From an uncultured Verrucomicrobiae bacterium (GTDB lineage Bacteria > Verrucomicrobiota > Verrucomicrobiia > Chthoniobacterales > UBA10450): 64,000 nucleotides of DNA. Shown here in pieces: positions 40,087-51,012 of this stretch. The notes beneath the pieces were generated by a model. That model saw only the letters and a program-made list of their open reading frames with translations. It did not search any database and was not told the DNA's origin. Position 1 is the stretch's first letter, and each line of letters opens with the position of its first letter. Both the position numbers and the translations under genes were made by a program. The stretch is taken from contig CAVWPA010000003.1 in the NCBI GenBank assembly GCA_963756875.1, positions 352,001-416,000 on the forward strand, written 5' to 3'.

Positions 40087-42247
40087 TTAGAAGCGATACT
40101 GCAGACTCGAAAAGAACGAGTGAGCGTTGTAATTGTTATGCCCGCCGGAAGTCTCGTCGGTATAATGAAAATAAGCGTAGCGTAGCATCAGGCGCACGTT
40201 CGTGGTGAGCTGCCGGCTGATGCTCGCCGAGACGGTGTGTTCAGTCGCGTCCATGCCGAAGGGCAGTGAAGCGTCAATATTGTTCACGTAATCGTTCGCG
40301 CGATAATACGTGTAATCGGCGTGGAAATCGGTCTTATTATCGATGATAAAGCCGGCGCCGCCGGTTACCGTCCAATAATCGTTTTGGAAATTCAGGACAG
40401 TAGGGGCGCTGTCGGTAACGATAATATTGGATGCCGGTGTCTTGGTCTCATCGAGGACATAGGAAAGGGTGCCCTGGAGGTAAAGTCGGGCGAGCGGGTT
40501 CCAGGTAAGCGTTTCTCCAATCACATGGCTGGTGATCAGCGCAGTATGCTCGTCGGCCAGTTTCGTGCCCAGCCCGTCCAGGGACCACATGCCGCTTATA
40601 AGAGTCTGCATGTAGTCGTAGCGGGTCACCATGGAAAGCGTCCCCAGCGACGCCGGGATATTCGGCCGGAAATTAATCCGAATATTGAAATCGTTTGTGT
40701 TCCAATCCTGGCTCTGCAATCGCTGGCCGCCGCCCTCGTCAGTTTTGAAGTCGTTGTCGTACTCTGCGGCCTTATAATGGTACTCGCCGGAGAGACTGAG
40801 GTTCGGCATCGTGTACCAGTTCGCGCCAATGGCGTACTTTTGGCCAAGAAGAGAAGTGTCCTTGTTCAGCAACGCCGCAAGCGAGCCGTCGGCGACTGAA
40901 TGCTCGTGCACGTTGCCGCATTCTTCCGTCCACTCGCCTTCCGTCCAGAAAAGCCAGTTGTTAATGCCAGTGTAACGGGCCTCGAGCCGCTCCGCAAAAT
41001 TGTCGAAGTCTTGTGACGTATCGGCGGATTCCGGCTCGAATATAGCGGCTCCGCCCGTGCTTCGTCACGTTCGTGCCCAGGAAAGTGGACCAACTATCGT
41101 GGTTCTCGTGCGTGTAGCGGAATCCGCTGAGCAACGTCAGGTCCTTGATGGGCATCCAGTAAAGGTTGGCATTAAAAAGGTGGTCGCTTACTTCCGACGT
41201 CCCCGCCAGATCCAGGAACCCTTCGTCGTGGTTTTGAGATATAGAAAGCGGCGAGACGAACATGGAATTGTAATCGGTCCCGATGATGCGGGTGCCTGAA
41301 ATATCGCTTCCGAGGGTGGTGTAAGAATAACCTGCCGTGAACCAGAACGTGTCGCTGAAGCGCGTCTCGGTAATCACATGTCCGTTAAACAGGTCCAGGT
41401 CATTCTGATCGTGCTGGGTGATGTAACGCTGAGCGGCCGGGTTCCCAACGCTCCGCTGGAGCTGCAACCGGTCGTCGTTGTTGTTATGCTCGTAGCGCAT
41501 TCCAAGGTCGATATCGGTATTCCCAAAAGTCTTCGACGCGTCGAACGAAAGAATGTCACGTGTCTCGTCGATGTTCCGGAACGCGGGCGCGATCTTGCGC
41601 GTTCCAGCGGGCGTGCTGGTGTCGCCCCAGCTGGTCGAATCCTTGTCGCCGTTTCGAAACTCGTGCGAGTAATGGATGGTGATCTCGGGCCAGTCTGGCA
41701 TCCGCAGGCCAAGTTCCACCCAGGCGATCCCGCGATCGAGCGTGAGCTCATGATACCGCGGCGGAATCCAGGCCCCGCCGTCGGCCGGTGCAAAGCCGCC
41801 GTTATCGTCGTACCAGCTTCGAAACTCCGTGTAACCGCCGCGGATATATCCCAGGCCCGGCTGGGACAAATCGATCTTCACGTCGTAATCGTGATTGTCG
41901 AAAATGGCGTGACCATCGACGGTCAGCGTCGCATTCTTGCCGACGCTTCGTTCCAGATGCAGGTCCTGGATGCCGCCGAAAACATCCCCGGAAATCCGGT
42001 GTTCCTGTTTAAATTGCGCCGCGTCGCCATTGATAATATTCCCGCCGATTCCGATCTCGACCCAGTTTTTGTACTCCGGCGTCTGTTCCGTCGCGCCGGC
42101 TACCGCCGATTTTCCGTCCGGTGTCCCCGTCCCGTCAGCCGTGACTCCGGCGCGCAGCGGGTAATTTGCGCAGACCAAGGCGCAGAAAAGCAACGCGAGG
42201 TTGCGCGCGAACCGACCTCCACCAGTTGAGATGCAAATCGCGCTCAT
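40087..42247 (-). pseudogene. MtrB/PioB-like outer-membrane beta-barrel porin with one frameshift near 41062 (genuine or a sequencing error)
   Basis: Signal peptide, alternating beta-strands and C-terminal beta-signal SLQYRF. Removing one A in GTG ACG A AGC ACG joins ORFs 40961-42247 and 40087-40911 into 719 aa. It lies 11 nt downstream of the MtrA-like gene. Confidence 0.82.
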
Positions 42248-42258
42248 ATTAATATCAA

Positions 42259-43173
42259 TTAGAATCTGAAATGCTCATTAACCTGAGATCCATGGATTGC
42301 TTCATGACAGCCGGCCGACCAGCAGGTCCCCTGCTGCAGGAAGCTGGAATGGTTGACATCTCCAATGAGAATCGTGCCGGCGGAAGTTTGCTGCTCGAAA
42401 TGGCACTTCAAACAGAGCGTCTGGTTCCGCTCGTTTAGCATTCGTTGATTCACCGAGCCATGCGGCGAGTGGCAGACCACGCAACCGTCGCGCACTGCCT
42501 CGTGTTCGTAAACAAACGGACCCCGTTGCGCGGTATGGCACTGGAAACAGATCTCATTTTCGCCAAGGAACGCGATGCCGCCGCCCTTGAGTGTCTGTTG
42601 CATACTGGTGCCGCCGCCTTTCATCGCCCTTCCCGCATGCGGGTTATGGCAATCGACGCAACTCATTTTGCCTTCCAGCACCGGGTGGTGATGCGGTAGT
42701 TCAAATTTCGCGCGTATCTCAAGATGGCACTGGAAACATGCCTCTGGCGATCGGCCGGGATTGATGATGGATCCCCGGCCCCCGCCGTTCGCAACATGGA
42801 TGCTTCCCGGGCCGTGACACGATTCGCACCCGATGTTTTTCGCGTTTTCTCCCTTTGTCATCAAACGGCCGTGCGTCGCCGTTTTGAAACTGCGCACGAT
42901 ATCTCCGTGGCATGTTTCGCAAGTATCGGAGCCGACATACTCGGCGCCGGGAATACTCGGCGGCGCCATGATGGTGCGATTGGTTTCGAAATTACTGCAC
43001 GAAAGCAGAATCACGGTCAGTGCGACCGTTCCCCCGACGCCCCACAACAACCTTTCGCGCTTACCATGGACCAATCGAGTTAGCCTTTGATGCCACACGC
43101 TACGCAGTTCTATCAGAAGCGCATTTGGTCGACTACGCATTTTTACGGCTAAAATTTTGCTCTGGAATTTCAT
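42259..43173 (-). CDS. MtrA/DmsE-like multiheme cytochrome c, octaheme lipoprotein
   Basis: YVGSDTCETCH, CESCHGPGS.H, HHPV.EGKMSC.DCHNPH, RGPFVYEH, CHSPHGS, IHGS. 7 CxxCH plus CWSAGCH; lipobox ILLSC. The true start may lie downstream. Confidence 0.9.
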   Translation of the reverse strand: MKFQSKILAVKMRSRPNALLIELRSVWHQRLTRLVHGKRERLLWGVGGTVALTVILLSCSNFETNRTIMAPPSIPGAEYVGSDTCETCHGDIVRSFKTATHGRLMTKGENAKNIGCESCHGPGSIHVANGGGRGSIINPGRSPEACFQCHLEIRAKFELPHHHPVLEGKMSCVDCHNPHAGRAMKGGGTSMQQTLKGGGIAFLGENEICFQCHTAQRGPFVYEHEAVRDGCVVCHSPHGSVNQRMLNERNQTLCLKCHFEQQTSAGTILIGDVNHSSFLQQGTCWSAGCHEAIHGSQVNEHFRF

Positions 43174-43195
43174 GAAGCTTGCCGTTCACGCAGGT

Positions 43196-43585
43196 CTATT
43201 CGTGGCCGCGCCAAGCTCGATATTCCGTGGGAGATTTTTTGTGGAGCTTTTTAAAAACGCGATTGAACTGCGACAACGATTGGAAACCGACCGCAAAGGC
43301 AATCTCGCTGATCCGAAAATCTCCGTTTCGCAGGAGCTGGCGCGCTTTCTCAATCCGTGTGCGAGCGACGTAATCGACGAACTTCAGGCCGGTGACGGTC
43401 TTGAACTTCTCGCTCAAATGGTTTGGGCTGATCTTGACTGCCTTGGCCACTTTGGCCAGGGAGAGTTTATCCGCCGAATGCTCCTCGATGAATTGACGTG
43501 CTCTCCAAATGTCCACGGGTTCGGCCCGATGGCCGTTGCGGCCCGGTGATTGGGAAAAGCGATCGAGGCGCGAGATCGGTTCCAT
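43196..43585 (-). CDS. AraC-family regulator (HTH domain only)
   Basis: RIEKARQLL...ISEIAFAVGFQSLSQFNRVFKK...SPTEYR. Confidence 0.92.
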   Translation of the reverse strand: MEPISRLDRFSQSPGRNGHRAEPVDIWRARQFIEEHSADKLSLAKVAKAVKISPNHLSEKFKTVTGLKFVDYVARTRIEKARQLLRNGDFRISEIAFAVGFQSLSQFNRVFKKLHKKSPTEYRAWRGHE

Positions 43586-43769
43586 GCCTCATCCAACTTC
43601 AATTGAAGTGACGGTTCTCGCCATGGCTTGGCAATCACTGGTCTAATCTTGTCGAAGTGCCGCTTCCAGCTCTTTTTGGCAGAGCAATTCCTGCACAGAA
43701 AAAGGCAATTCCCGACGAGCGGCATCGACCCCTGGTGTTAGCGTTGCAGGCGAAAGAGAGGTAATTGAA

Positions 43770-44096
43770 ATGAGCGTATTCGCGACACCGCTTGGCAAAG
43801 ATGAAGTACGCGCGAAAAATGCAATCGCGGCCGCCATGAGCATCGTGCCTGGCTTGGGTCATATATATAAGGGGCATCTGGCAGCGGGCCTGATTTGGAT
43901 GTTCTTTGGAATGCCGTTCGCGATCTGGATCGGCATCCTGCTTGGTCTTGCGACCGGGGGCATCGGCCTGCTCTTCCCCATCGTATGCTGGGCGGCGCTG
44001 GCGTATGACGCCTATTACGAAAAAGATCTGCGCAGCCATCATTTTCTGCCGCCGTTGCTACCCCCATGGACGGATGACGACAACGTCGATGATTGA
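43770..44096 (+). CDS. Small membrane hypothetical protein
   Basis: GAGG SD, AAAMSIVPGLGHIYKG motif, two further TMs. Confidence 0.75.
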   Translation: MSVFATPLGKDEVRAKNAIAAAMSIVPGLGHIYKGHLAAGLIWMFFGMPFAIWIGILLGLATGGIGLLFPIVCWAALAYDAYYEKDLRSHHFLPPLLPPWTDDDNVDD

Positions 44097-44208
44097 TTGA
44101 GCAGGCGTGATTTACCCCCGCGGGCGTTGGCAACTGCCGGAAATGCGGCTGCGCAAAGATTTCAGAATGATGAAAAATGAATCGACCATGTCCGATTATG
44201 TTGCACGC

Positions 44209-45909
44209 ATGAAGCCCCCGAAGAAATCTTCGCGCTCCTCTCCGGATTCTTTTCCCGCCACGATGCCCCTGGGGCAGTTTCTTTTCGAATACCTTTATCG
44301 CCGCGGCGTCCGCCACAGTTTCGGCATTCCAGGCGACTTCGCGCTTTCCACTTTTGTCTGGCTTGAAAAATCAAAAATCCAAAGCGTCACAACGACCCAT
44401 GAGCCTTGCGCCGGATTCGCCGCCGATGCTTATTCCCGCATCAATGGAATCGGTCTGGTCTGTGTTACCTACTGCGCCGGAGGTTTGAATGTTTTAAATG
44501 CCATCGCGGGCGCGTATGCCGAGAAATCGCCGGTAGTGGTCGTCAGCGGCGCGCCCGGCCGGAAAGATCGGGAAAAAGATCCGCTCCTTCACCACAAGGT
44601 GAAAACGTTCGAGACCCAGCGGCGAGTTTATGACGAAGTGACGGTTGCCAGCACTGTTCTGCTGGATGAGCAGCGGGCCGCCTCGGAGATTGTCCGTTGC
44701 GTTGAGGCATGCTTGCGCCACAAACGGCCGGTTTACATTGAAGTTCCGCACGACATGGTCGATCGCGAAATTCCGGTGAACGGCATTTCGGCCGGTATCC
44801 CTGAAAAATCCGATCTTCAGGCACTTGAGGCGGCGCTTGACGAGACGTTCTCCCTGATCCGCGCCGCAAAAAAACCGGTCATTCTCGCCGGAGTCGAACT
44901 GGCGCGCTATCGTACTGCGGGACTGGTCGTGCGGATGGCGGAGCGGATGAATATTCCGATTGCCGCCGATCTTTTAAGTAAGAGCGCGGTTCCTGAAAAT
45001 CATCGCCTTTATCTTGGCGTTTATGGCGGCGCGATGAGCAGCGACGAGCACGTTCGGAAGTATGTTGAGTCCGCCGATCTCGTTTTGATGCTCGGCACCT
45101 TTATCACCGATATGAGCATGGGCTTCTACACGGCGAAGCTCGACCGGAAGCGGACTGTCCTGGCGACGTCGGAGCGCGTGAACGTTCAGTATCACCGCTA
45201 CGAATCGATTCAGTTCCGCGATTTTCTCCAGGCACTGGCCACGGCAACGATCAAGCCCAAGCAGTTCAAACATCCGAACCCGCATGCCGCCCCTGTTCCG
45301 CTGAAGAAGGGCGAGCGCTCGGATCCGTTGGCGGTGGTTGATGTGTTCCGCATTCTTTCGTTGCACCTGGACGAGCGCTGCTGCGTTGTCGCCGATATCG
45401 GCGACGCCATCTTCGGCGCAGTCGGGATTCGCAGTGCGCGACAGGCGCAATTCATCGCGCAGGCATATTATATGTCGATGGGCTTTTCGGTGCCGGCCAG
45501 CATCGGCATTGCCCTGGCCAGTTCCAGGCTTCGCCCTTATGTCCTGGTCGGTGATGGCGCCTTTCAAATGACCGGAGCCGAAATCTCCACTGCTGTCCGG
45601 CTTGGGCTCAATCCCGTTATTATCATCCTCAATAACGACGGCTACGGCACCATGCGAAAAATCCATGATGGCAAGTTCAACGTCATCACCCAGTGGAACT
45701 ACGGCAAGATTTGCGAATTGGTTGGCGGTGGTGAAACCGCCAGGGCAACCACCAAGGGCGAGCTGGACGACGCCATCCGTGGCGCCCAAAAATCCGGCAA
45801 GTTAACTGTCATCGAAGTCAAAATTCCGCGTGACGACATGAGTCCTCAGCTGGCGAGAACCAGCGTCGAAGTCGCAAGAATGCGCGGCTGGAAAAAAGGC
45901 TCTGCCTGA
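44209..45909 (+). CDS. ThDP-dependent 2-oxoacid decarboxylase (indolepyruvate/pyruvate decarboxylase family)
   Basis: FGIPGDF, HEPCAGFAADAY, LLHH, GDGAFQMTG...NNDGY. The start is uncertain (44107-44263). Confidence 0.9.
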   Translation: MKPPKKSSRSSPDSFPATMPLGQFLFEYLYRRGVRHSFGIPGDFALSTFVWLEKSKIQSVTTTHEPCAGFAADAYSRINGIGLVCVTYCAGGLNVLNAIAGAYAEKSPVVVVSGAPGRKDREKDPLLHHKVKTFETQRRVYDEVTVASTVLLDEQRAASEIVRCVEACLRHKRPVYIEVPHDMVDREIPVNGISAGIPEKSDLQALEAALDETFSLIRAAKKPVILAGVELARYRTAGLVVRMAERMNIPIAADLLSKSAVPENHRLYLGVYGGAMSSDEHVRKYVESADLVLMLGTFITDMSMGFYTAKLDRKRTVLATSERVNVQYHRYESIQFRDFLQALATATIKPKQFKHPNPHAAPVPLKKGERSDPLAVVDVFRILSLHLDERCCVVADIGDAIFGAVGIRSARQAQFIAQAYYMSMGFSVPASIGIALASSRLRPYVLVGDGAFQMTGAEISTAVRLGLNPVIIILNNDGYGTMRKIHDGKFNVITQWNYGKICELVGGGETARATTKGELDDAIRGAQKSGKLTVIEVKIPRDDMSPQLARTSVEVARMRGWKKGSA

Positions 45910-45967
45910 TTGCGGATAGAGAGCTCACGACTCGACACAGCCGCAAACATCGGTTGTTGGCTTCCGG

Positions 45968-45994
45968 CCTTCTCTTCTAAATAGGAAGAGAAGG
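45968..45994. terminator. Hairpin between convergent genes (putative terminator)
   Basis: CCTTCTCTTC-taaatag-GAAGAGAAGG, a perfect 10-bp stem. Confidence 0.6.
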
Positions 45995-46004
45995 TCCCGT
46001 GCTA

Positions 46005-47369
46005 TCAGGACACGTGCTCAAATTGTGCCGTGAAGTGTCGCAAAAAGGGCGGCTCAAAGACTATTTTAAAGCCCTTGAGGCCATTTTTTCTTCGGGCGAT
46101 TCCTTCGAATCCCTCAAGAATGTAATCAAAATGACTTTGAGTATAGACCCGGCGCGGAAAGGCCATGCGGACCAGTTCCATCGCCGAGTTTTTTCCAAAC
46201 ATTACGGAACCGACTTCACAGGCCCGGATTCCCTCAGCGCGGTACATTTCGCAAACCAGAGCCTGCCCGGGAAATTGTTCGGGCGGGATCTGCGGGAGCA
46301 AAGCCCTGGCATCGATGTAAACGGCGTGACCGCCCGGCGGTTGAACCGTCGGAACACCGAGCTTGTTCAGACCTTGCGCCATGTATTGAGTCACCGCGAT
46401 TCGATAGGAGAGATAGCGTTCATCGAGAATCTCTTCCAGTCCGACCGCGATAGCTTCCAAATCCCGGGCCGCCAGGCCGCCATACGTCGGGAAGCCTTCT
46501 GTCAAAATCAACGCGCTGCGCAAGGTATGCAGCCACGTGTCGGCCTTGAGCGCAATGAAACCTCCGATGTTCGAGAGGCCGTCCTTTTTGGCGCTCATCA
46601 TGCAACCATCGGCGAGTGAAAAAGTTTCCAGGGCGATCTCGCGGACGTTGCGCTCACTCTGCCCGGTCTCGCGGAGTTTGATGAAGTAGCTGTTCTCGGC
46701 AAATCGACAAACATCCAGAATAAAGGGAATCCCGTATTTTTTGTAGATGACGGCCGCGCCGTGAAGATTCTCGAGGGAGACGGGCTGTCCGCCTCCGGTA
46801 TTATTGGTGATCGTGAGCATGCCCAGTGGAATCCGGTCCTTGAATTCTGCGCAAAACTCTTCGAGGCGCTGGAGATCGATATTGCCCTTGAATGGATGTG
46901 GATTTGCCGGATCTCTGCCTTCGGCGATGACGAGATCAACGGCTTCGCCGCCCAGTTGTTCAATATTGGCGCGAGTCGTGTCGAAGTGATTGTTCGATGG
47001 GATTTTCATTCCCGGCTTTACCAATGCGCCAAAGAGAAGGCGCTCGGCCGCCCGTCCCTGGTGCGTGGGGATGACATTCGGATAGCCGGTCAGATTTTTC
47101 ACGACTCTCTCGAATCGCTCGAAACTTTGCGATCCGGCGTAGCTTTCGTCGGCGATCATCATGGCGCCCCACTGAGCGGCGCTCATGGCCGATGTCCCGC
47201 TATCTGTCAGGAAATCAAAAGTGACATGCCTGGCGGCAACCAGGAAAAGGTTGTAGCCCGCTTTCTCAAGAATCTTCTCGCGCTCACTCCGGCTGAGCAT
47301 CGGAAGCGGCTCGACCATCTTGATCTTGAAAGGCTCGATAATCGTTCTTTGAGATTCGGGATCGTTCAT
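46005..47369 (-). CDS. tnaA: Tryptophanase (tryptophan indole-lyase)
   Basis: Beta-eliminating lyase fold, MSAKKD PLP lysine, Trpase-type residues HFDTTR, IRACEVG and LRHFTA. Confidence 0.85.
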   Translation of the reverse strand: MNDPESQRTIIEPFKIKMVEPLPMLSRSEREKILEKAGYNLFLVAARHVTFDFLTDSGTSAMSAAQWGAMMIADESYAGSQSFERFERVVKNLTGYPNVIPTHQGRAAERLLFGALVKPGMKIPSNNHFDTTRANIEQLGGEAVDLVIAEGRDPANPHPFKGNIDLQRLEEFCAEFKDRIPLGMLTITNNTGGGQPVSLENLHGAAVIYKKYGIPFILDVCRFAENSYFIKLRETGQSERNVREIALETFSLADGCMMSAKKDGLSNIGGFIALKADTWLHTLRSALILTEGFPTYGGLAARDLEAIAVGLEEILDERYLSYRIAVTQYMAQGLNKLGVPTVQPPGGHAVYIDARALLPQIPPEQFPGQALVCEMYRAEGIRACEVGSVMFGKNSAMELVRMAFPRRVYTQSHFDYILEGFEGIARRKNGLKGFKIVFEPPFLRHFTAQFEHVS

Positions 47370-48815
<1,446 letters not shown>

Positions 48816-48834
48816 TCAGTATTGTGAACCTTCT

Positions 48835-49410
48835 TCACGGATAGAGGTATTGCTTATGCCAGCCGTCTTTCGCGCGCGTGTAAAGGATGCGGTGGTGGCG
48901 GCGGAACGGTTTTCCTGTCCAGAATTCGATTTGCTCCGGCATCACGCGGAAACCCGACCAGAATGGCGGGCGCGGGATTTTGCCGATGCCGAATCGCAGG
49001 GTGGCCTTGGCCACCTCCGTTTCCAGTTCGAAATAACCCGGCATTGGTTGTGACTGCTTCGACGCCCACGCGCTGATCTGGCTCAAGCGCGGACGGGTCG
49101 CGAAGTACGCGTCGGCTTCTTCGTCGCTCACCACTTCCGCGCGTCCGCGAATGCGGACTTGTTTTTCAAGCTTCGCCCAATAAAAGCAGAGCGCGGCGCG
49201 CGGATCGTGCAGCAGCGCCTTCGTTTTCGGACTCTCCATGTTCGTGAAGAAAACGAATCCGTGCTCATCCACGCCTTTGAGCAGAAGCATCCTCGCATCG
49301 GGAGATCCATCCGCCTCCACGGTCGCCAAAGCCATGGCTGACGGTTCATCAATCCCGGAATCAATCGCTTCCTGAAGCCAGGTTTGAAAGAGTGCGATGG
49401 GATTGTCCAT
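48835..49410 (-). CDS. pdxH: Pyridoxine/pyridoxamine 5'-phosphate oxidase
   Basis: PIALFQTW, RMLLLKG, QVRIRG, YFATRP, AWASKQS, IEFW...RRHHR. Confidence 0.93.
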   Translation of the reverse strand: MDNPIALFQTWLQEAIDSGIDEPSAMALATVEADGSPDARMLLLKGVDEHGFVFFTNMESPKTKALLHDPRAALCFYWAKLEKQVRIRGRAEVVSDEEADAYFATRPRLSQISAWASKQSQPMPGYFELETEVAKATLRFGIGKIPRPPFWSGFRVMPEQIEFWTGKPFRRHHRILYTRAKDGWHKQYLYP

Positions 49411-49489
49411 AAAAGAGACGCGGGTATTAGGAATGGAGGCCAGCCGGACCGCGCGAAGACTGTCTGGACTTGAAGCCGTTAAATGAGGG

Positions 49490-49966
49490 ATGATGGCTGA
49501 AATGTTGCAAAAATTTTATCCTCATCTCCTCGCATTCCACGGATTGCTGCGCTGGTTTGTTCTGGCAACCGCTATCGTGGCGATTGTCGTTGCGGCCTCG
49601 GGTTGGAGCGGCAGAAAACCTTCCGGCCCTGCGCTTCGCCGATTCAGCATCCTGTTCGTCGCGTTCATGGACCTGGAATTTCTGGTTGGCCTGGTTTTGT
49701 ATTTCTGGGCTAGCCCGCTCATAAAAACAGCGTTTCAAAACATGTCGGCGGCAATGAAGGATCATCAACTGCGCTTCTTCACTGTGGAACATACGACATA
49801 TATGTTGCTGGCGGTTGTGTGCGCTCATGTTGGAGCCGCTCTCGCAAGAAAAGGCAGGACCGACCTGATGAAATATCGGGGCGCCACGATTTCATTTTGC
49901 CTTTCGCTGCTCCTCATTGTCGCTGGAATTCCGTGGTGGCGCCCATTGCTGCGGCTCGGTTCCTAG
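49490..49966 (+). CDS. 4-TM membrane protein, possibly binding heme b
   Basis: HGLLRW, RFFTVEH, AHVG, IPW; His residues in or near TM helices. Confidence 0.7.
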   Translation: MMAEMLQKFYPHLLAFHGLLRWFVLATAIVAIVVAASGWSGRKPSGPALRRFSILFVAFMDLEFLVGLVLYFWASPLIKTAFQNMSAAMKDHQLRFFTVEHTTYMLLAVVCAHVGAALARKGRTDLMKYRGATISFCLSLLLIVAGIPWWRPLLRLGS

Positions 49967-51012
49967 CCGGAGGAGGCGGAGACATGAGATTTATTTCTTG
50001 TCGCCCAATCCCCGATCATTTTCTCCAAAGCTGCGATCCATAATGGATGCTCGTTGAGACAAGGAATCAGGGTCAACTCTTCGCCGCCACATTCGCGGAA
50101 TTTTTGCCGCCCGCGGATGCCGATTTCTTCCAGCGTTTCGAGACAGTCCGCGACGAAAGCAGGACAAATCACCAATAACTTTTTTGTTCCGGCTCTGGCC
50201 AGCGCTTCAATCGTGCGATCGGTGTAAGGTTGAAGCCAGGGATCCCGCCCAAGGCGCGACTGAAAAGCGATCGAGAATTTGTCGCTCGGCAGGCCGGCCA
50301 GCTCAGCAAATGCCTTCACTGTTTTAAAGCACTGCGCTCTGTAGCAGGTATCGTGTGCCGGGCTGCGTTCCGCGCAGCAGTTGTTTCGGGCCAGACAGTG
50401 ACAGTTCGTCGGATCGGATTTACGCAGATGCCTCTCGGGCACGCCATGAAAGCTGAAAAGTAAATGATCGTATTTCTGCCGCAGATAATCCGCTGCGCTC
50501 CCGACCAAGGCCGTAATGTAATCGGGCTGATCATAATAAGGAGGCATCACGCTCAGCGATATTTCCGGCGCGAGTTTCGATAGTAGCTGTTGTACACGAC
50601 GGACTGCGGTCTCGTAGCTCGACATGGCGTAATGCGGGAACATCGGAATCAGGAGCAGCTCTTTTACATTCTGCGCGCGCAGCTTTTCGATTGCTTTGCT
50701 GATTGACGGGTTTTGGTAGCGCATGGCCAGCTCGACCGGCAGGCGGACGCGCGCCTGCAATTCATCCCGCACTTTGAGACTGGTCACCACCAGGGGCGAG
50801 CCTTCCGGCGTCCAGATTTTATCGTACGCCTCGGCGGATTGCTTTGGGCGCGACGGCAAGATGGCAAGATGAACGATGCCGAACCGAATCGGATAGGGCG
50901 CATCCAGAACGCGCCCGTCCATGAGAAACTCGCGCAAATACTTCCGGACGTCGCCCACGCCTGGGGAAGCCGGTGAGCCAAGATTGACGAGTAAAACACC
51001 GCGCCCGATCAT
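49963..51012 (-). CDS. hemH: Ferrochelatase
   Basis: LLVNLGSP, AMRYQNP, FSFHG, FQSRLG..PWLQP, FVADCLETLEEI. Confidence 0.95.
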   Translation of the reverse strand: MIGRGVLLVNLGSPASPGVGDVRKYLREFLMDGRVLDAPYPIRFGIVHLAILPSRPKQSAEAYDKIWTPEGSPLVVTSLKVRDELQARVRLPVELAMRYQNPSISKAIEKLRAQNVKELLLIPMFPHYAMSSYETAVRRVQQLLSKLAPEISLSVMPPYYDQPDYITALVGSAADYLRQKYDHLLFSFHGVPERHLRKSDPTNCHCLARNNCCAERSPAHDTCYRAQCFKTVKAFAELAGLPSDKFSIAFQSRLGRDPWLQPYTDRTIEALARAGTKKLLVICPAFVADCLETLEEIGIRGRQKFRECGGEELTLIPCLNEHPLWIAALEKMIGDWATRNKSHVSASSG

